Of a stretch of DNA of 64,000 nucleotides, positions 23,414-32,586 are shown piece by piece. The DNA comes from Escherichia phage vB_EcoM_Skers, in the sequence record MW748999.1. One strand, given 5' to 3'. A program made the position numbers and the translations under genes. The notes below the pieces were generated by a model. It worked only from the letters and a program-made list of their open reading frames with translations. It was not told the origin of the DNA and ran no database searches. Position 1 is the first letter of the stretch, and each line of letters opens with the position of its first letter.

Positions 23414-23423
23414 TTATAAATAA
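23414..23423 (+). promoter_or_regulatory. T4-type late promoter TATAAATA with no adjacent ORF
   Basis: exact TATAAATA directly after the gene 23 terminator; next plausible SD/ATG is about 360 nt downstream. Confidence 0.45.
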
Positions 23424-23782
23424 GGTTGCAAGCCTATATTCTATTGTGAGCGAAAATAGATACACACAACAAAGACAGGAAGATGCAGAACATCGGTGGG
23501 TTGCTAGCCTAAATCCGGTGGCTATGATATGTGATTTCTTTTGATGCTGGATTTATTAAAACACAACAAACAATTCCACCAATTTTCGTAGTAACTGCAT
23601 GGCAAAGGGACCAATGAATGAAATGAGCGTTCATGTTGATATTGGGTCGGATAGATTTGGTAGATATACAGATCTGATGTATGCCGACCTTGTTATGACA
23701 TTCCGGTGTGACGCTAGCGGTAATTTTTGGTTTTGGTACGCTGTTCCCTGAATTAACCCAAAATTCTCCATAAGGAGGAATG

Positions 23783-23935
23783 CATGAGTAAGAAAGAAAA
23801 CAGCTATGTTATGACTCGTAAGGAATACAACAAATTGATGTTAGCATTAGCTTATGCAATTATTCGTTCTGATCATGCAATTAATCTGGTAAACAAAGTT
23901 AACCGTAGCGTTGATAATGTTTCTAGGAAGAAGTA
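23783..23935 (+). CDS. hypothetical small protein (about 50 aa) between genes 23 and 24
   Basis: hand-translated (MSKKENSYVMTRKEYNKLMLALAYAIIRSDHAINLVNKVNRSVDNVSRKK); strong SD AAGGAGG 5 nt upstream; below ORF-track length cutoff. Confidence 0.35.
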
Positions 23936-23945
23936 AGTTTATTTT

Positions 23946-23973
23946 GGAATCCTTCGGATTCCTTTTTCTTTTT
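23946..23973 (+). terminator. rho-independent terminator upstream of gene 24
   Basis: stem GGAATCC/GGATTCC (loop TTCG) followed by TTTTTCTTTTT. Confidence 0.6.
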
Positions 23974-23983
23974 GTATAAATAT
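23974..23983 (+). promoter_or_regulatory. T4-type late promoter TATAAATA upstream of gene 24
   Basis: exact TATAAATA about 35 nt upstream of gene 24 ATG; coordinates approximate. Confidence 0.6.
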
Positions 23984-24018
23984 GATATATCCATTAAGCA
24001 AATACAGGATTCATAAAC

Positions 24019-25260
24019 ATGACTCATATTTTTACTGAACTGTTGCGGGAATCTACTTCCTCAGTAGCTAACCAGACAGCGCGACCGCAACTATTATCAT
24101 TAACTCGCGCGGTAAACAACCTGATTTTCTCTGATCTGGTAGCAATCCAGCCAACGGATCAACCAGTATCGGCATTGTACGGCCTACGTTATCTTAATCG
24201 TGATGGTCAGATGACTTTCCGAACTGCTGCGACCTACGGTGGCGCGGCTGGTGATCGCACAGAGATTGAAGAGTTTTCAAAAGAAAAATCTTATGACGAA
24301 GGCGCACTGTTCAAATCAGGCGATGTTGTATACGAAGTTGTGACCGCTGGTACAGTCGGTGAAGATGCCGAAACTCCAGAAGCTGCGATCTTTAAAGGCG
24401 TAATGACAAACAAAATTCGTTTCTATAGCGATTGTGCATCGGTAGAATACTTTGAAGATAAAAACACCGAAATTGCGTCTACCTCTATGCAGTTTGACAA
24501 GTGGCAAGTTAATGTAGGTTCTCGTAAACTGAAAACCTCGTTCACCACTGAATTAATGCAGGATCTTGAGGCAAGCCAAATCAACTCTGAAAACTCTGTA
24601 ATTGATCTTCTGGCTACTGTTGCTTCCGAAGAGATCAACAAAGATATTATTCAGAAGTTGATCACTGTATCATCTCGCTATAAAATTAAAGGGATCACCC
24701 CTGATGGCGTACTTTCTCTCGTTAGCGTTCAGGATGCACCAACACAAGCGCGTGAACTTTACCGCTATGCTTGCGAGATGAGCAATCAAATGTTGCGGAC
24801 TTCCTCCTTTGCTGGTACATACGTTTTGGCGTCTTCTCGCGTGGTTGGCCTCCTGCAATCTACCGGATGGATGGAAGAAACCGACAATGCTCTAAGCGAA
24901 GGTCGTCTACGTTGCGGTCTGGAAGTGTACGCAGACACGACAACACCTTTCGATTATATGCTCGTTGGTTGTAAGCACATGATCGGTGATATGGAGAGTG
25001 TAGGTTCTCTGTTCTACTCCCCATATACAGAAGCCGACGGCGCTGGCGCGTATAAGAGCGTAATTGACCCTAATAGCTTCCAGCATCATGTAGCTATTAT
25101 GAATCGTTATTCACTCTCTGTCAACCCATACACATCAAAAGTTGATCAGGAAGAACACCAGGTCATCAAGGGTGACGATTGGGGTAAAATGGCTGGACGT
25201 TCAGAAATGTCCTACATTTTAGGAATCGAACTGCCACCGCTTGAGATTGACAACGCTTAA
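24019..25260 (+). CDS. 24: gp24 head vertex protein
   Basis: 413 aa (T4 gp24 427 aa); gp23-like fold segments; position after gene 23. Confidence 0.9.
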   Translation: MTHIFTELLRESTSSVANQTARPQLLSLTRAVNNLIFSDLVAIQPTDQPVSALYGLRYLNRDGQMTFRTAATYGGAAGDRTEIEEFSKEKSYDEGALFKSGDVVYEVVTAGTVGEDAETPEAAIFKGVMTNKIRFYSDCASVEYFEDKNTEIASTSMQFDKWQVNVGSRKLKTSFTTELMQDLEASQINSENSVIDLLATVASEEINKDIIQKLITVSSRYKIKGITPDGVLSLVSVQDAPTQARELYRYACEMSNQMLRTSSFAGTYVLASSRVVGLLQSTGWMEETDNALSEGRLRCGLEVYADTTTPFDYMLVGCKHMIGDMESVGSLFYSPYTEADGAGAYKSVIDPNSFQHHVAIMNRYSLSVNPYTSKVDQEEHQVIKGDDWGKMAGRSEMSYILGIELPPLEIDNA

Positions 25261-25848
25261 CTAAATATCTAACCAAGACAAGTCAGATCCGCCCAAGATT
25301 TTTTCGACGGCGGATCTATTTTCTTGATGATATAAGTTAAAACATGGTATCCCATGTCTACGGGCAACATAAACAGCAATTCTAGTTCCTCCAGAAACGA
25401 TTCCATTAACTTCTTTCGCCCAGAATATCACACAATCTACAGGATCATCAAGTGTCTCACCTAAGACTTGAGCAACATTTCTAGAAAACAGATTTTGCAT
25501 GTATAACGGTATAGAACGAGGATTATCATAAACGTGTTCTAATTCATCCATCGCCAGATTTTTTTGTTCTAAGGTTTGCCATGCAATCACATCATGACCG
25601 TTATGCTTGTGGTCATAAAACTTCCAATTTGGAATGAAAATTTTTCTATAATCTGGATCGTAATACTTCATGAAAGCATTGTCCATACCGTAAGCCCCTC
25701 CAGAATGCGCTACAACGCGATTTTCTGACAATACCCTCCCAATGGTACTAGCCATTATCAAAATGTCGCTAGGCGCTTTTCTAGAGCCGATTAAAGCACA
25801 TCTACGAAGTTGTTTTACTCCAAATAGATCTTGTAACTGGTCAAACAT
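25261..25848 (-). CDS. DprA/Smf-like Rossmann-fold (SLOG superfamily) protein
   Basis: 195 aa; motif ALIGSRKAPSD...VVAHSGGAYGMDNAF resembles the DprA/LOG nucleotide-binding core (GSR-x-x-S ... SGGA-x-G-x-D); family assignment by motif only. Confidence 0.55.
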   Translation of the reverse strand: MFDQLQDLFGVKQLRRCALIGSRKAPSDILIMASTIGRVLSENRVVAHSGGAYGMDNAFMKYYDPDYRKIFIPNWKFYDHKHNGHDVIAWQTLEQKNLAMDELEHVYDNPRSIPLYMQNLFSRNVAQVLGETLDDPVDCVIFWAKEVNGIVSGGTRIAVYVARRHGIPCFNLYHQENRSAVEKILGGSDLSWLDI

Positions 25849-26002
25849 AATATTTCCTCCATAGAAAGCAATATCATACTACAAGTTAATAACAAATACA
25901 AGTATCCGCGTAGCGGAAGCGAGCACAGCGAGCAATAAAAACACTTCCAGTAATTGATTAATAAATGTTCGAAACAAATTTTTATTATTCTATAAGATAA
26001 GT

Positions 26003-26186
26003 CTTCGTTTTGATCATAATTTAATCATACATGTAAAAACTACACAAAAGGATATCGCTTCGCGAACTCCTACGGAGTATAACATTTGTGTTACAATATG
26101 TAGTGATTAATAATTAACCAAAGATACATTTTCTATGTTCTAAAGATCTTTCTTCGTTTTGATCATAATTTAATCAAACAGTATTA
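26003..26186. repeat. two copies of a 25-bp direct repeat (CTTCGTTTTGATCATAATTTAATCA) about 159 bp apart in a 410-bp intergenic region
   Basis: identical 25-mers at about 26003-26027 and 26162-26186, each followed by a CATGTAAA-containing segment; read directly. Confidence 0.6.
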
Positions 26187-26230
26187 ACATTGTGCACATG
26201 TAAACTAAAATTATGTTAATAACAGATACA

Positions 26231-26254
26231 AAAAAGCCGTCCCGAAGGACGGCT
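26231..26254 (-). terminator. rho-independent terminator after minus-strand gene 26263..26700
   Basis: minus-strand reading GCCGTCC-TTCG-GGACGGC followed by TTTTTTG. Confidence 0.7.
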
Positions 26255-26262
26255 AATGTTAA

Positions 26263-26700
26263 TTATTTGTTGATAACGATCTGATTTCGGCGAATGGTAA
26301 CATTACTCTTAGAGATGATCAGATCATCCGGCACTACGTTAGTTTTGTATGGCTGGAAGCGAACAAGCATCTGATTGCGTTTAGACCCTTCCTTAATCTT
26401 GATTTCCATCTGGATATTGTTGCCTACGTGAGCAACCGCAATTTCACCTTTATTCTCATAGACCCACTTGCTGGTAACGTCTCCAGCAAAAGCCTTAATA
26501 ACTTGCAATGCTTCGTCGTATGCGGTAGAGCTATGAACTTTCAGAAGGCCAGCCGTAGCAAGACGGGAGCAGGTGATCGCCGGAGATTGCCAAACATCAA
26601 CATTAATTTGCTCAATCAGAGTAACACCGCCTTGATCAACTGCTTTGAATGCTTCGAACATTGCCTTTTTCATTGCTACGTGGTTTTTACGGAATTTCAT
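26263..26700 (-). CDS. hypothetical protein (145 aa)
   Basis: ORF track; followed by a clear terminator; no family recognised. Confidence 0.5.
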   Translation of the reverse strand: MKFRKNHVAMKKAMFEAFKAVDQGGVTLIEQINVDVWQSPAITCSRLATAGLLKVHSSTAYDEALQVIKAFAGDVTSKWVYENKGEIAVAHVGNNIQMEIKIKEGSKRNQMLVRFQPYKTNVVPDDLIISKSNVTIRRNQIVINK

Positions 26701-26746
26701 AATTAGTCACCTCTATTGATTAGTTATTCAGAATATTAATTACAAA

Positions 26747-27022
26747 TCAGGACATTGCCCGTTTGAATGCGTCCATTATAACAGTGTTATTTGGCTTGTC
26801 AACACGTTTTTGAACTTTATTTTTAAATTTTTTGTTGATGTGGTGTTTACGATAAACAACCTTTTCACGGTTGGCGTAAGCCTCGCGTGCATCTTTTACC
26901 ATCAACCATGCCTTAGCCGCATCTTGTCCGCTGATCCCGCCAATCTTCTTAGCAATATCAACAAAATTAAGACCGTGGTCTTCGCGTAGCATGTAAACCC
27001 TTAACGCTGTTTTCTTGTCCAT
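26747..27022 (-). CDS. hypothetical basic protein with helix-turn-helix-like segment (about 91 aa)
   Basis: ORF track 26747..27130; start placed at internal Met (MDKKTALRV) forming a TGATG stop/start overlap with the upstream ORF; LNFVDIAKKIGGISGQDAAKAW resembles an HTH. Confidence 0.4.
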   Translation of the reverse strand: MDKKTALRVYMLREDHGLNFVDIAKKIGGISGQDAAKAWLMVKDAREAYANREKVVYRKHHINKKFKNKVQKRVDKPNNTVIMDAFKRAMS

Positions 27023-27219
27023 CACTTCGCCCCATTGACGATTAACAGGATAGTGATCAGTACCGGAAACTGGATCATGACAGTACCAATAAACCGGATA
27101 AACGCATTTTCTGACTTCCACACATGACATGCGACTAGCTGATAGACCATTGTTGCAACCAAAGCCAGAAAATACATCTCGATTGGTGCTTCTTTGATCA
27201 ATCGTACAATCTCATTCAT
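27022..27219 (-). CDS. hypothetical small membrane protein (65 aa)
   Basis: ORF track; hydrophobic stretches (YFLALVATMVYQLVA, VMIQFPVLITILLIV); GAGGTGA SD upstream. Confidence 0.4.
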   Translation of the reverse strand: MNEIVRLIKEAPIEMYFLALVATMVYQLVACHVWKSENAFIRFIGTVMIQFPVLITILLIVNGAK

Positions 27220-27375
27220 ACTTCACCTCATACATTCATAAACACAACAACGAATAGGACAGTAACAGTTATTAAAGCCATTTTCAACCCCATATTCATA
27301 ATATTTTCCTCATAAGGTAACGCCCTGTTGATGTGTGCCATTATAAGCCACTAAATCACACTGTCAAGCACTAAA

Positions 27376-27407
27376 AACAAAAAAGCCACCCCGAAGGATG
27401 GCTGATA
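27376..27407 (-). terminator. rho-independent terminator after hoc
   Basis: minus-strand reading GCCATCC-TTCG-GGGTGGC followed by TTTTTTGTTTTT. Confidence 0.7.
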
Positions 27408-27414
27408 GATTTCA

Positions 27415-28629
27415 TTAAGCAGGATGCGTTTCACGAATGCGTAGAACTCGCTCTAACGTATCTCGGTCCAGTTTATGTAACTCTTTGGAATGATACATGA
27501 AACCATTGCGAGATTCCATGCAAGTGCAATCACTATATTTTTCTTCCGCTGCCGCGATTGTCTCCAGATCTTTGGCGTACTTGCTGGTAGAATAAACTTC
27601 TCGGTCACGCCACTCTAACCCAGCCTCATTGAATTTAACAATCTCGTCAAATACCCACCATCCAATGTAGATAAATGAAGTTTTGCGCCACGGGATCGGG
27701 TGTACGTAACGAAACATTTTAACAACTTCCATTGAACATTTTCTACTTGTACTTGTTGCAACTTCTACTGTTTCATCTTCGATCTGTTGATATAGTTTAG
27801 CAACACACCAGAATTTGGCTGTGTCATCGTAAGTAGCACTCTCTTTGAACAGATGACCGTCTGGCATGATAGAAAATCCTTCCAGTGCTTCGCCGACCTC
27901 ACTACCGATTAGAGTCGGTGACATTTGCCCTTCGCGCTGCAAATACCAGTTATATTTGATCGTCAAATTAGGCATACCGCTAGAATCGCCTACAATGTCC
28001 TCTGACACAACATAATTAAGTAAGATCTCATTACCTAGTGCCACGGTCTTTGATTCCACCACATCCTGTTCTACGTTCATTGTTGCCAGCATGATTTTAG
28101 TCGATGCGCTAGCGGCTGAATCTTCCGACTCACCCCACACTTTTACAGTATACACGCCGTTTTTATCTGCTGTAAATTCTTGGATTGTAATGTCCTGTTT
28201 TGTGTCTATAACTTCTTCGCCCTTACTCCAACTATAATGTAGTTCATAGTCGTCTGCTGGAGTCTTCCCACCCGAAAATTTTACTGTTGCATGTAATTCT
28301 ACGTCTTTTTGTGATGATACGTAGAAATGCTGCGGTTCGGTGATATTTACGATTAATTCAGCTTCTTCCATGAGGAAAACGTCAGATTCTACTGATTCCA
28401 TCGTATCGGTATCTTGTACCGTTACTTTATAGCTACCCGCATTTTCACTTGTTGCACCTACTACAGATAGCGTAGCTGTGCTATTTTCATGTGGTTGGTC
28501 GTCTTTTGTCCATGTATATGTCAAATTGCTGGGTAATGGTTCGTCACCCGCTACAGTCGCCGTTAAGGTGAAACCATCTCCAGCAAGAAAGCATCTTTTG
28601 TCAGATTTAATTGATACTGTGAAAGCCAT
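27415..28629 (-). CDS. hoc: Hoc-like head outer capsid decoration protein with Ig-like domains
   Basis: 404 aa; tandem Ig-like segments (LTYTWTKDDQ..SENAGSYKVTV; YELHYSWSKGEE..KNGVYTVKVWG); position between gene 24 region and uvsW as in T4. Confidence 0.7.
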   Translation of the reverse strand: MAFTVSIKSDKRCFLAGDGFTLTATVAGDEPLPSNLTYTWTKDDQPHENSTATLSVVGATSENAGSYKVTVQDTDTMESVESDVFLMEEAELIVNITEPQHFYVSSQKDVELHATVKFSGGKTPADDYELHYSWSKGEEVIDTKQDITIQEFTADKNGVYTVKVWGESEDSAASASTKIMLATMNVEQDVVESKTVALGNEILLNYVVSEDIVGDSSGMPNLTIKYNWYLQREGQMSPTLIGSEVGEALEGFSIMPDGHLFKESATYDDTAKFWCVAKLYQQIEDETVEVATSTSRKCSMEVVKMFRYVHPIPWRKTSFIYIGWWVFDEIVKFNEAGLEWRDREVYSTSKYAKDLETIAAAEEKYSDCTCMESRNGFMYHSKELHKLDRDTLERVLRIRETHPA

Positions 28630-28893
28630 ATAAAGCCACTCCCATAGAAAATCCGAATTTAATTAATTGAAATAGTTGATTGCCATCAACCAGATAACCA
28701 TTGCGAGATTCCAATACATGAGTATTAGAATAGTGATGCAACGAGGCCGAAATAGTATCGATCACGTCTGGGTATTTGTTCTGTTTGATGTAATACATTG
28801 ATTTTGTTAGACATGTAGTATCCTCTTTTAATTGCATAACGGAACTACAATTAAAATTATAACAAATATTTCACAACTTTTATCACCCAAAAA

Positions 28894-29619
28894 TTACTTG
28901 AGTGTGTGGAATTGGCTATGTTTAGTCTCTCGCACCTTGACAGACCCATCGCGTTTGATATAATAGATCAGTGACTTGAGGGTGTCGTGTACATACGCGT
29001 GCGGGAAACGCTCTGGATACTTCTTCCAATCTGGAGTATTAACGATCCAGTCGAAAATCCACCACGGGCAGGAGTAGTAACCACGACCGCCACCGATCAA
29101 GCAAATGGTCGGACGGAAGCCAGTAAGATCGCAAAATGAATCAGTGTCATTTGCTGGGGAACGATGTTCTGCTTCGTCAGAGAAAATGTTTGCTACCGGA
29201 GATTCCACTTTAACTTCCTGTGCTTCTTCAACATCTGACTTAACTTCTTCGACCACTGGTTCAACTGCTGGAGATTCTTCTTTTGTTTCTTCAATGACGA
29301 TCTCAGGTTCTTTCATTGCTTCAACCAGAGACGGGTCAACTTCGTCGAATACCACTTTATCATCTGCGGTGTCTGCTGCCAGAATAAGATCGTTAATACC
29401 GGTTCCTTCTGCCGGAGTTTCTTCTTCCATTTCGGAAGCAAGTTTAGTTAATTCGGTTTCTACGAACTCGATCATGTTCTCTAGTGATAAAGTCTTTTTG
29501 ACCTTGATATCAAATTGTTTGGCATAATCAGCTAATTCTGTTTTAGCGGTTTTCTGTGCTTCTTTGTCGTCGGACGCCGCAATAGCGCGGAGTTCTTCGA
29601 AATATTCTTTATCAAACAT
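28894..29619 (-). CDS. hypothetical acidic protein at the T4 inh position
   Basis: 241 aa with acidic central region; located between hoc and uvsW where T4 has inh; similarity to Inh not verified. Confidence 0.45.
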   Translation of the reverse strand: MFDKEYFEELRAIAASDDKEAQKTAKTELADYAKQFDIKVKKTLSLENMIEFVETELTKLASEMEEETPAEGTGINDLILAADTADDKVVFDEVDPSLVEAMKEPEIVIEETKEESPAVEPVVEEVKSDVEEAQEVKVESPVANIFSDEAEHRSPANDTDSFCDLTGFRPTICLIGGGRGYYSCPWWIFDWIVNTPDWKKYPERFPHAYVHDTLKSLIYYIKRDGSVKVRETKHSQFHTLK

Positions 29620-29644
29620 GTTATTCTCCTGATTGGGGGTGTTT

Positions 29645-29654
29645 GTATAAATAT
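29645..29654 (+). promoter_or_regulatory. T4-type late promoter TATAAATA upstream of uvsW
   Basis: exact TATAAATA about 40 nt upstream of uvsW ATG; coordinates approximate. Confidence 0.55.
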
Positions 29655-29689
29655 TTGTATACTGTATTTATTGAGTGAGGCTATTCGCT

Positions 29690-31192
29690 ATGCAAGATAT
29701 TAAAATTCACTTTCTGAACTACTCCCATGTTCAAATTGAATGTAGCGATTCAATTTTATTAGAAATGCGAGATTATTTTAGTTTTGAAGTCGAGGGAGCG
29801 CGGTTTCAAAAAAGATTTAAGTATGGTGGATGGGATGGGCGTATTCGTCTTTTAGATTACAACGGAAAGCTGCCAATCGGCCTAACTAAAACTGTGGGAA
29901 TCTTCGCTAAAAATATGGGCTATAGCGTATGGGTAGATCCTCGCTTATTCGAAAAAGAACAAGTTACAGAAGAAGAAATTACAAAATGGTGTAATAACTT
30001 AGAATTATATTCCGGTGCTAACAGGATCACCCCGCATTGGTATCAATCAAAGGCCGTCTTTGAAGGTATTCATCATAAACGCCGCATGTTAGTTTTGCCT
30101 ACGTCCGCTGGTAAATCTGCGATTGCTTGTATGTTGTCTCGTTGGTACTTAGAGAACTACGAAGGGAAAGTGTTGATCATCGTTCCTACCACGTCGCTAG
30201 TGCTGCAAATGCGTGATGACTTTGTTGATTATCGCCAGTTTCCTTATGAAGCAATTCATACTATCATGAGCGGTACTAGTAAACACGTAGGTGATCGCCT
30301 GATCGTTGTTAGTACGTGGCAATCAGCATGTAAACAGCCTCGTGAGTGGTTCCAACAATTTGGGATGGTAATTGTTGATGAATGTCACAAAGCCACTGCT
30401 AAAAACCTGCTAAACATCGTTACTGATATGGATCATTGCCAATTTAAGATCGGCATGACTGGTTCCCCTCGTGACGGGAAAGCTAACATGATGCAGTATG
30501 TCGGGCTTTTCGGTGATATTTCTAAGATCGTGAGTATTGACCGCCTGATGGAAGAAGGGCAGGTGACAAAACTGAAAATTAACTGTCTTTTCCTTCGTTA
30601 TACCGATGAGGAATGTAGCGCGGTTAAGGGTAGAGAATATGCGGAAGAGATCAAGTATATTACGTCTAACCCACGACGTAATAAGTTTGCTTGTAATTTG
30701 GCGCTAAAACTCGCTAAGAAGGGCGAAAACGTATTCCTGATGTTCCGCAACACTAAGCACGGAAAACTTATGTATGATGCGTTACAGAAGGTACACGACA
30801 AGGTTTATTATATTGACGGTGGAGTTAAGACAGAAGAACGTGATGAATTTAAGAAAATGGCGGAGGGTGACACCGGGATCATTTGTGTTGCGTCTTATGG
30901 TGTGTTCTCTACTGGTGTTTCAATTAAGAATTTGCACCATGTTATTTTCGGTCATCCAGTGAAGGAATCAACTATCGTTCGTCAGAGTATCGGTCGTGCA
31001 TTGCGTAAACATGGTTCTAAGGATATTGCAACGGTCTGGGATCTTATAGATCATCTGGCGGTGAAGACAAAGAGCAAGAATGCTAAGAAACAGTTTAGTC
31101 ACCTTAATTATGCTCTTAAACATGCCCTTGAAAGAATAAAAATTTACAACACCGACCGATTCGAATATGTCACGAAAACCATCGAGATTTAA
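29690..31192 (+). CDS. uvsW: UvsW DNA/RNA helicase (SF2)
   Basis: track ORF 29675 starts at GTG; ATG at 29690 aligns with the T4 UvsW N-terminus (MDIKVHF); near-collinear similarity to T4 UvsW as remembered (PTSAGKS Walker A, DECH box, VASYGVFSTG.S.KNLHHV, GRALRKHGSK). Confidence 0.95.
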   Translation: MQDIKIHFLNYSHVQIECSDSILLEMRDYFSFEVEGARFQKRFKYGGWDGRIRLLDYNGKLPIGLTKTVGIFAKNMGYSVWVDPRLFEKEQVTEEEITKWCNNLELYSGANRITPHWYQSKAVFEGIHHKRRMLVLPTSAGKSAIACMLSRWYLENYEGKVLIIVPTTSLVLQMRDDFVDYRQFPYEAIHTIMSGTSKHVGDRLIVVSTWQSACKQPREWFQQFGMVIVDECHKATAKNLLNIVTDMDHCQFKIGMTGSPRDGKANMMQYVGLFGDISKIVSIDRLMEEGQVTKLKINCLFLRYTDEECSAVKGREYAEEIKYITSNPRRNKFACNLALKLAKKGENVFLMFRNTKHGKLMYDALQKVHDKVYYIDGGVKTEERDEFKKMAEGDTGIICVASYGVFSTGVSIKNLHHVIFGHPVKESTIVRQSIGRALRKHGSKDIATVWDLIDHLAVKTKSKNAKKQFSHLNYALKHALERIKIYNTDRFEYVTKTIEI

Positions 31193-31235
31193 TAAATAGG
31201 GGCTTTAATGCCCCTTTATTCTACGGAGATTAAAA

Positions 31236-31472
31236 ATGATTAGCTTTAAACGTTTTTTGGTTGAGGCCGCTATTGACGGTTTCATGCGTAAGATTTATTC
31301 TTGTAATACTATCGAGGGATTAAATGAACTTGAGGCATATTATGAGAAGCGCAAGAAAGAAACAGAATTGAAACCTGCTGATGATATTTCGATCCGTGAT
31401 GCCATCGCTGGACGCCGTAAGCAATTGGAAGCGGACAACGAGCCAGAAGATGAGCCGGAAGAGGATTTTTAA
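31236..31472 (+). CDS. uvsW.1: UvsW.1-like small acidic protein
   Basis: 78 aa immediately downstream of uvsW, acidic C-terminus. Confidence 0.65.
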   Translation: MISFKRFLVEAAIDGFMRKIYSCNTIEGLNELEAYYEKRKKETELKPADDISIRDAIAGRRKQLEADNEPEDEPEEDF

Positions 31473-31477
31473 GATAT

Positions 31478-31510
31478 AAAAAAGCCCCATCAATGATGGG
31501 GCAAAATAAA
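31478..31510. terminator. bidirectional hairpin terminator between convergent uvsW.1 and uvsY transcripts
   Basis: stem GCCCCATC/GATGGGGC flanked by A-run and T-run. Confidence 0.6.
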
Positions 31511-31535
31511 CCAATTAAAATCGGTTATCAACAAA

Positions 31536-31712
31536 TTACATTAACAGCATTGTTTGCTCTACGAGTTGTTCTTGTTCTTCGCCGTTCGCATCTTCACTAA
31601 TCGAACGTTCTGTTACTAGCTGTAAGCAGTAGCCAGTGTGAACAACGCCGTTTTCTGTCTGGACGGCTAACGCATCCTCGACAGGTTGTTTACAACAAAT
31701 ACAGATTTTCAT
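31536..31712 (-). CDS. hypothetical small Cys-rich protein (about 58 aa) downstream of uvsY
   Basis: hand-translated (MKICICCKQPVEDALAVQTENGVVHTGYCLQLV...); SD GCAGGAGG 6 nt upstream; position of T4 uvsY.-1. Confidence 0.35.
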   Translation of the reverse strand: MKICICCKQPVEDALAVQTENGVVHTGYCLQLVTERSISEDANGEEQEQLVEQTMLLM

Positions 31713-31732
31713 AAAATTCCTCCTGCATGTAT

Positions 31733-32140
31733 TTAGCGACCAGATTCAAGCATACGCAATTCTATAGCATTCTTGATCGCAAATCCACGAGATTTAACGA
31801 TATCAAGTGCGCGACCAGCGAAATCCATTACCATCTGGTAGTATGCAATTTTCGTATCAAGTGGTAAGATCTCGTCGTCTGCTGCCATGACAACTTTCAA
31901 TTCTGATTTCTCATACTCAGCGCGACACCAGTCATCACTACGGTTAGTGTAAAAGTCAAGACGATTTTTCATAGCCTTTTTCTTTTTAGCCTCAAGAGCA
32001 ATCGTCTCTCTTTTCGCCTCGCTGTAAATCCTTAACCACTTTGAGTATACTACCGGATTATTCAGCGCCTCCCATTGCAACTTAGTCGCATCGATCTTCA
32101 TGTCAGCTTCTAATTGTTCTTTCAAATCGTTTAGGTCCAT
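31733..32140 (-). CDS. uvsY: UvsY recombination mediator protein
   Basis: 135 aa; similarity to T4 UvsY as remembered (KLQ.EA.NN...YSKWL, KSRGFAIK). Confidence 0.9.
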   Translation of the reverse strand: MDLNDLKEQLEADMKIDATKLQWEALNNPVVYSKWLRIYSEAKRETIALEAKKKKAMKNRLDFYTNRSDDWCRAEYEKSELKVVMAADDEILPLDTKIAYYQMVMDFAGRALDIVKSRGFAIKNAIELRMLESGR

Positions 32141-32187
32141 AATATCCCCTTATTCACACTAAGACCTATATCATATCACACACAAAA

Positions 32188-32586
32188 TCACTTTGCAAGT
32201 CTTATGCGTAGTTGTTCAAGATCATCTGGGTTATCTATTACTGAAAAGTAGATTGATACTATGATTGAGTTATCGTCGTACTGCGGAGTTACTTCTACTG
32301 TCAGGTTTCGGACCCGTGGTTCATAGTTTCGGATCGCCTCATTGATGTTTTTTGATAAAGTGTCTACTGTCAGTGGGTTCATGTTCTCAAACAGTGATTT
32401 ATTGAGATCGCATCCAAACAGTGGATCAAATGGACGAGATCCCTTGCGAGTAGTCACGATCAGTAGAATAGAATCCTTAACCGCTTTAATCCCTATGTTC
32501 TTTTTAACGTCGTTATTCCACGATCTGGATATATTGAGATCCAAATCAGTATACATCTGATTAATAGTTGCCATGTTATACCTCAA
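32188..32586 (-). CDS. 25: gp25 baseplate wedge subunit (LysM-like sheath initiator)
   Basis: 132 aa (T4 gp25 132 aa); motif RPFDPLFGCDL; position next to gene 26. Confidence 0.85.
   Translation of the reverse strand: MRYNMATINQMYTDLDLNISRSWNNDVKKNIGIKAVKDSILLIVTTRKGSRPFDPLFGCDLNKSLFENMNPLTVDTLSKNINEAIRNYEPRVRNLTVEVTPQYDDNSIIVSIYFSVIDNPDDLEQLRIRLAK

Noticed and set aside
22473-23465. 330-aa ORF antisense to gene 23, and similar long antisense ORFs inside gp17, gp18, gp7, Alt, NrdA and others
   Set aside because: They lie entirely within well-supported structural or enzyme genes on the opposite strand, lack SD sequences, and have low-complexity or odd composition; treated as chance ORFs.
28607-28837. 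76-aa ORF overlapping the start of hoc
   Set aside because: Weak SD and overlap with hoc; an alternative 29-aa ORF with a better SD and a possible TATAAT promoter lie in the same spacer; too ambiguous to call as a gene.
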